A stretch of 40,308 nt of DNA from Gemmatimonadaceae bacterium (lineage in GTDB: Bacteria; Gemmatimonadota; Gemmatimonadetes; Gemmatimonadales; Gemmatimonadaceae), in the NCBI GenBank assembly GCA_044224875.1, contig JBGAJQ010000047.1:1-40308 (forward strand), read 5' to 3'. Of this stretch, positions 35,599 through 40,308 are shown in pieces. Below the pieces are notes generated by a model. It searched no databases and was not told the origin of the DNA. It saw only the letters and a program-made list of their open reading frames with translations. How positions within the stretch are numbered: position 1 is the stretch's first letter; each line of letters opens with the position of its first letter. The position numbers were made by a program, and so were the translations under genes.

Positions 35599-36720
35599 TC
35601 ACTTGACCTCCACCCGCCCACTCATTCCGGGATGGATCGTACAATCGTAACGGAAGACGCCCAACGTGGTGAACTGCCGGCTGACGTCGACGTTGCTGAC
35701 GATGTTGATGTCCGGCGGCACGCCGGCCGCCGACTGGAAGATCACGTTGTGCGGCTCAGCGGCAAAGCGCCACGTAACGGTACCCCCGCGCTGGATCTGC
35801 ACGATAAAGGGCAGGAACACATTCCCTGGCATCTGCACCAACGCCTGACTCGGGAACCCCGCTGGGTCCACCCACAGCGAGAGTGTGCGTTGCACCCGCT
35901 GGGTGCCGCTGGTCAGCTCGACCACAAAGGTCGTGGATTCCGGCGCCGTTGGCGTTCCATCGAGGATGCCCGCGAGGCTCAAGGTGACGCCCGTCGGAAG
36001 CGAGCCGCCACCCAACACCCACTGGCGTTCGGCGATTCCACCGGAAGACTCCAGCGGCACGGTATACCGTTGCCCAACCTTGGCGAGCGGAAGGTCGGCC
36101 GTCGTGATGGCCAGTGGTGGCGGATTCACCTGCAACGTCAGCGCCTGCAGAGCGGAATCGACGCCGCTCCGTGCCATGACCGTAAAGGCATAGGAGCCTA
36201 ACGCCGTCGGGTTGCCCGCAATGATGCCACTGGCCGTCAAGGTGATGCCCGGAGGCATGGCGCCACCGGTCAGGGACCACGCCGGCGTGACAGTGCCACC
36301 TGCCGCCGCCAGGACGCGACTATAACCCAAGCCCAATGTCGCCGCCTCCAACGTCGTCGTTAGGATCGTCAAGGGAGCCGGCAGCACCAGCAGGGTGAAC
36401 GATCCCGTCGCGCTGCGCCCTCCACTCGCGGCACGAACGGTGAACGTGGCGTTCTCCGCGGCGCCTGGAGTCCCGCTCAGTTCTCCCGCGCTGGAGAGCG
36501 TGAGGCCCATGGGGAGGGTGCCACTCGTCACCGACCAGTCGACGGAGCCCGACGCACCAGTCGCCGAGAACGTCTGCTGGTACCCAGCCCCGACCTGCGC
36601 CGAGGGGAGCGACGAAGCCGTCGTTATGGCACTGGGGGTCGGAGGCGACGCCGTCTCCGTCCCAGCGCATCCAACCAGCCCAATCCACCAGACGCAAGCC
36701 ACCACACCACCACGCGTCAC
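35599..36720 (-). CDS. Lipoprotein with three putative Ig (He_PIG-like) domains and a C-terminal cupredoxin (type-1 copper) domain
   Basis: Lipobox LVG-C; three I.T..LP.A.VG..Y...W....G.LP.G.TL...G.L.GTP repeats; HNV...YDCTIHPGM; GTG start at 36720 with GGAG RBS. Confidence 0.85.
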   Translation of the reverse strand: MTRGGVVACVWWIGLVGCAGTETASPPTPSAITTASSLPSAQVGAGYQQTFSATGASGSVDWSVTSGTLPMGLTLSSAGELSGTPGAAENATFTVRAASGGRSATGSFTLLVLPAPLTILTTTLEAATLGLGYSRVLAAAGGTVTPAWSLTGGAMPPGITLTASGIIAGNPTALGSYAFTVMARSGVDSALQALTLQVNPPPLAITTADLPLAKVGQRYTVPLESSGGIAERQWVLGGGSLPTGVTLSLAGILDGTPTAPESTTFVVELTSGTQRVQRTLSLWVDPAGFPSQALVQMPGNVFLPFIVQIQRGGTVTWRFAAEPHNVIFQSAAGVPPDINIVSNVDVSRQFTTLGVFRYDCTIHPGMSGRVEVK

Positions 36721-36778
36721 CGACAGCTCCAATCGTTGGTGGCCGACTTACGCATGAACCGCAACCGTACCCGTGGCG

Positions 36779-37258
36779 TCACCACATCGCCAGGATGTAG
36801 TAGTAGTCGCCCTGCGTGCCATTCACGATCTGGATGCCTGGGTTGGTCGTGCCAATCCCGACCAAGGCGCAGAACATGTCATCGGGTGACACAGGGATCG
36901 TCGCTACGGAGAACCACGTGGCCTGGTCGGTACTCACGTAGCACGCAACGAAGGGGAGACTGTGATTGGCGACGGCGGACGCCGGCAGCGGCAGGGTGAA
37001 GGATCCGGTCGCATCGAACTGACCGGTAGCCTGGATGCGGTTCGCCAGCCCCGATGGGCCTGTTGGACCTGCCGGGCCTTGCGGCCCAGTTGCGCCAGTG
37101 GGTCCCGTTGGCCCGGCAGGCCCCACGGGACCGGTGGCGCCAGTGGGGCCGGTGGGCCCCACCGCCCCTTCCGGTCCCTTGCAGGCGGCCAGCCACGCGA
37201 TGGAAGCCGCCAAGAGCAACGTGCGACTGGCGGCAATCGATGTGGTGCGACGTGTCAT
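36779..37258 (-). CDS. Collagen-like lipoprotein
   Basis: Lipobox LAA-C, 15 Gly-X-Y triplets, small C-terminal beta domain with two Cys; ATGA overlap with the DUF1501 stop. Confidence 0.85.
   Translation of the reverse strand: MTRRTTSIAASRTLLLAASIAWLAACKGPEGAVGPTGPTGATGPVGPAGPTGPTGATGPQGPAGPTGPSGLANRIQATGQFDATGSFTLPLPASAVANHSLPFVACYVSTDQATWFSVATIPVSPDDMFCALVGIGTTNPGIQIVNGTQGDYYYILAMW
37043..37177 (-). repeat. Coding Gly-X-Y (collagen) tandem repeat
   Basis: [45 protein letters not shown]; 9-nt periodicity in the DNA. Confidence 0.9.
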
Positions 37259-38529
37259 ATGGTGATTCCGCGGGGAACGGGCGTGTAGCCGGGAAAGATG
37301 GCCGACAAGTTGGGATTGCCGAGCCTTTCGGTGACGATTTCGGAGAGGATGTCGCGATGGTCGATGGTGACGCGAAGATCTTGGCCATCTTCGAGCACCG
37401 CGCGATTGAGGCCGGGCCACTGCGACAGCACGCGGCCGCCCGCGATGTTCGCCCCCATGACAAACGAGACGCTAGCGCGCCCATGATCGGTGCCCAGCGA
37501 CCCGTTCTCACGAGCATTGCGCCCGAACTCGGACAAGCAGACCACCGTCACCCGACGTGAGCTGGCACCCTGCATGACGTCCGCCCAGAACGCGCCTAAC
37601 GTGTTGGCAAAGTCGCTCATAAGTGTGTGCATGTATCCACCCACAGATCCCTGGTTGGCATGCGTGTCCCATCCTCCGATATCGAGGTGCGCCGCTTCCA
37701 GGCCACTGTCGGACTTGATGATCGCGGCCAGTGACTTGAACCCACGTCCAAAGTCGGTCGCTGGATAGGCCGCGCCATTCGCGGGGATGTAGTGCGCAAA
37801 ATCGATGCGCTTGAGCAGGTTCACCGTGGCCAACGCATCCTTCGCCGCGTTGCGTGCCGGACTCCAGCCGGTGTTGTACATCCGGTCCATGACCGCGTCG
37901 TTCGGGGCATAGTGCCGGTAGTTGTCGGGCTGGGGAATCGGAAGACTGCGGGGCGCGCCTGTTAACGTGAGGCGCATGCCACCCCAGCCAATGGAAATCC
38001 CACGCAGTGGTGCTGACGGGTCGATCGCGCGGCTCGTCATCAGGTGCCGAGCCAGCCATCCGGTGCTGATGCTGTAGTCGGCCGGCTTCCCCGCCTCGAT
38101 GTACCGCTCCGCCTCGAAGTGCGAGCGCGTGTTGTTGGTCGACTGCCCCGTCGCATGCACCATCAACAGCTGGTTGGCAGCGTACGCCGGCAGCAACCCG
38201 GCCATGGCGGGGGGCAACATGAAGAAGTTGTCGAGCGCGATGCCCTTGTTGGAGGACGATGAGTCCGGACGCGCCACGGCAATGTTCGGGCGCCCGGCGT
38301 AGTAGTCCGGATCCCCAAAGGGCGCCACGAGCGTCAGTCCATCGGCTCCACCGCGCATGAAGACCGACACGATGACGTCGCGCGAACTGTTCTCCGAGTC
38401 GGCGAAGGTGACCTGCGGCATCCAGTGCGGCAGCGCCAGCGCTGCGACACTCATTCCGGTCGAGGTCAGGAAGCCGCGGCGCGATAGTTCCTGGTATTCG
38501 TTGCAGCCGCAACGTTCGAGTGGATTCAC
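37255..38529 (-). CDS. DUF1501 family protein, Tat-exported
   Basis: [41 protein letters not shown]...NG..GTDHG. Confidence 0.92.
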   Translation of the reverse strand: MNPLERCGCNEYQELSRRGFLTSTGMSVAALALPHWMPQVTFADSENSSRDVIVSVFMRGGADGLTLVAPFGDPDYYAGRPNIAVARPDSSSSNKGIALDNFFMLPPAMAGLLPAYAANQLLMVHATGQSTNNTRSHFEAERYIEAGKPADYSISTGWLARHLMTSRAIDPSAPLRGISIGWGGMRLTLTGAPRSLPIPQPDNYRHYAPNDAVMDRMYNTGWSPARNAAKDALATVNLLKRIDFAHYIPANGAAYPATDFGRGFKSLAAIIKSDSGLEAAHLDIGGWDTHANQGSVGGYMHTLMSDFANTLGAFWADVMQGASSRRVTVVCLSEFGRNARENGSLGTDHGRASVSFVMGANIAGGRVLSQWPGLNRAVLEDGQDLRVTIDHRDILSEIVTERLGNPNLSAIFPGYTPVPRGITI

Positions 38530-38542
38530 GTCGTGGCTCCGA

Positions 38543-40081
38543 TTAGTAGTATTGGAACTCGGGCGACGTCGCCGCGAAGTACACCGCGGACTGCACCCGC
38601 TGGGCCGTCAACACACTGCTGTCCAGCCACTGTTGCAGCTCGGCGCGCAACGCCAGGGTCATTTCACCGCCGAACATCTTGCGATTGATGGCGTCGAGCA
38701 CCCCGGTCGTCGTGGCCACAGTCATGAACGGCGTCGCCGAGAACCGCGGATACTGCCCAACGCTTCCCCAATTGGAGAGCACGCTGCTGACCGCGTTCCA
38801 TCGATTTACCATCAACCCCGCCCAATACTCGGCGCGATCCGGGAAGCCGTCGGGCGTTGGCCACGCAAAGACCCCATGTGCCATGTCCCACATCGCTCCC
38901 GTCACTCCTTCCCACTGCGACCAGTTGCTCCAACCCGCCAGCGTGGACCCGGAGCACCGCACGGCGGACACGTAATAATGAAAGGGGCGTTTCAGCTTCG
39001 CCGGCGCATTGGCCAGGTTGTTCGCAGAGAGCACGACACGAAGCATCGCCTTGATATCGCCATGCGTGGCCGTGTACGCCGCAGCGACGGCCGCCACCTG
39101 CCGCGTGCTAGGCGTGGGCGTGATGAACCACTTGAGCAGCTTGGTAGCGATGAATCGTGCCGTCGCCGGATGGTTGATGAGATAGTCGGCGAAGGCGATC
39201 CCTTCATCCATGCCCGCGGTCCCACCCGACTCCGGTCTCGCCGGAAAGCTCATCCCCATCACCCGCTTCGCACCAAAGTCGTGGTAGTCGGCGCGATACA
39301 GGTAGTTGCGGTTCTGGTCGATCGTCCAACCGGTCAGCACACGCGCCAGGTCGTGGACGTCCTGCTGGGTGTAACCGCCGTTCCAGCCTACCGTGTGCAG
39401 CTCCATCAACTCGCGCGCGTAATTCTCGTTCACGCCCCACTTGCTGCTCCACACCTGATCCAGGTAGATCAGCATGGCTGGGCTTCGCATACTGGCACGC
39501 AGCATGTCGCCAAAGTTGCCTAACGCATGCTGCTGGATCACGTCGCGGTAGTCGACGACGCGGGGGCCGGAGAGCGAGATGTTGAAGTGGTCAGACCAGA
39601 ACTCCACCATCCGCTCCTTCAACTGCCGCTTGGAGAAGATCGCCCGTTCAATAACCGCACGCTGCACGGGAGCCGCGATCTGCTGCCAGAACACACTGTC
39701 GTTCGACAGCATCTGCTGCTGCGTATAGTAGAACTGCGGGTAGCGCGACTGAATCATCGCATCCGTCGCCGCATCGTCGATCGTTCCCGGATTGAGCTGT
39801 TCTTCCAGGTACTGGTCGAATCCGATCGAGGTGACGCGCGCGACGTCAGTCTCCGTCATCCCTTGGGTGATTCGCCGGACCAACCGCAGGTCAATTCGCT
39901 TCCACTCGGCGCGTTGTGACAGGCGCTCGACAAGGAGCGAGACAGGGGCCCGTCCCTGCGCCTCCGCAGCTCGTGGTGCCAGGGTCGCAGCCGCCAATGC
40001 GCCGGCGCCGATGCCCAGAAAAGCCCGCCGGCTTGGCGCCTCGTGCGCGGCGGCTTCCAACGCCCCTTCGTCGTCGTTCAT
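38543..40081 (-). CDS. DUF1800 family protein, Tat-like signal
   Basis: SRRAFL; QLKERMVEFWSDHFN, SPAMLIYLD, NENYARELMELHT.G, YTQQDV..LARVLTGW, HPATARFIA.KL, SPEFQ; GAGGA RBS before ATG 40081. Confidence 0.92.
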   Translation of the reverse strand: MNDDEGALEAAAHEAPSRRAFLGIGAGALAAATLAPRAAEAQGRAPVSLLVERLSQRAEWKRIDLRLVRRITQGMTETDVARVTSIGFDQYLEEQLNPGTIDDAATDAMIQSRYPQFYYTQQQMLSNDSVFWQQIAAPVQRAVIERAIFSKRQLKERMVEFWSDHFNISLSGPRVVDYRDVIQQHALGNFGDMLRASMRSPAMLIYLDQVWSSKWGVNENYARELMELHTVGWNGGYTQQDVHDLARVLTGWTIDQNRNYLYRADYHDFGAKRVMGMSFPARPESGGTAGMDEGIAFADYLINHPATARFIATKLLKWFITPTPSTRQVAAVAAAYTATHGDIKAMLRVVLSANNLANAPAKLKRPFHYYVSAVRCSGSTLAGWSNWSQWEGVTGAMWDMAHGVFAWPTPDGFPDRAEYWAGLMVNRWNAVSSVLSNWGSVGQYPRFSATPFMTVATTTGVLDAINRKMFGGEMTLALRAELQQWLDSSVLTAQRVQSAVYFAATSPEFQYY

Positions 40082-40240
40082 CCGATCCTCGCGGTCCTTT
40101 CCATCGTCGATTGGATTGACGGTGTTTCGCGTCAGGCGTAACACCGCCCTTCAAGATGGTAGCACAGGACCAACATGGACTGCGATCTACGACACACCGG
40201 ACGTTGAACCCGGCGACGCCTGCGAAATCTCGGGCCTTCG

Positions 40241-40308
40241 CTACCGCTTCAGCGCCGCGTTGGCCCGCTTGCGCTCGAGCATCTCTGGTCGAGTGTCGGT
40301 GCGCTGGG
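40241..40308 (-). CDS. Probable 3' end of a gene running in from beyond the window edge
   Basis: Open frame ...QRTDTRPEMLERKRANAALKR-TAG; too short to identify. Confidence 0.35.
   Translation of the reverse strand, partial: QRTDTRPEMLERKRANAALKR

Noticed and set aside
37043..37177. Tandem 9-nt periodic DNA as a possible CRISPR or VNTR
   Set aside because: Fully explained by Gly-X-Y coding; no repeat-spacer structure or cas genes
1..40308. rRNA, tRNA, transposases, prophage or defence genes
   Set aside because: None recognised; TerB and the STAND protein lack the partner genes or effector domains expected of ter operons or Avs-type defence systems

Overview
A high-GC (about two-thirds by eye) bacterial window. 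Gene content suggests Gemmatimonadota, but this is an inference. It holds about 33 protein-coding genes, many encoding predicted exported proteins or lipoproteins. In order: GH97 (5'-truncated), DoxX, a broken ZnuD-like TonB-dependent receptor with a CxxC/RGPP (DUF2946/CruR-like) leader ORF, cyclase-gntP-gntK, a B3 metallo-beta-lactamase, an ankyrin protein with a structured 5' UTR, TerB, a DHFR-like protein, a zincin, YciI plus an ECF42-type sigma factor, a BTAD-STAND-transmembrane regulator divergent from an S8 lipoprotease and a small ORF, DUF2200, a PAP2/vanadium haloperoxidase with an HxlR-SCP2 regulator, a cupin, an M43-like protease-lectin fusion, GH32, an orphan secreted protein, an M23 peptidase, a di-heme oxidoreductase (frameshifted)-Rieske-porin operon with a DtxR/MntR-like box, and a DUF1800-DUF1501-collagen-Ig/cupredoxin cluster. 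I saw no rRNA, tRNA, CRISPR array or transposase. The strongest leads are: (1) an arrest-peptide leader whose stop codon sits in a perfect anti-Shine-Dalgarno for the receptor; (2) a candidate kissing-loop RNA upstream of the ankyrin gene; (3) a (C)GTTAGG motif over-represented across the window in both orientations and several codon phases; (4) the metal-box-controlled heme/Rieske/porin operon; (5) the membrane-anchored STAND regulator module. All calls come from motif recognition by eye, with no database searches, and several start codons were re-chosen relative to the ORF track.
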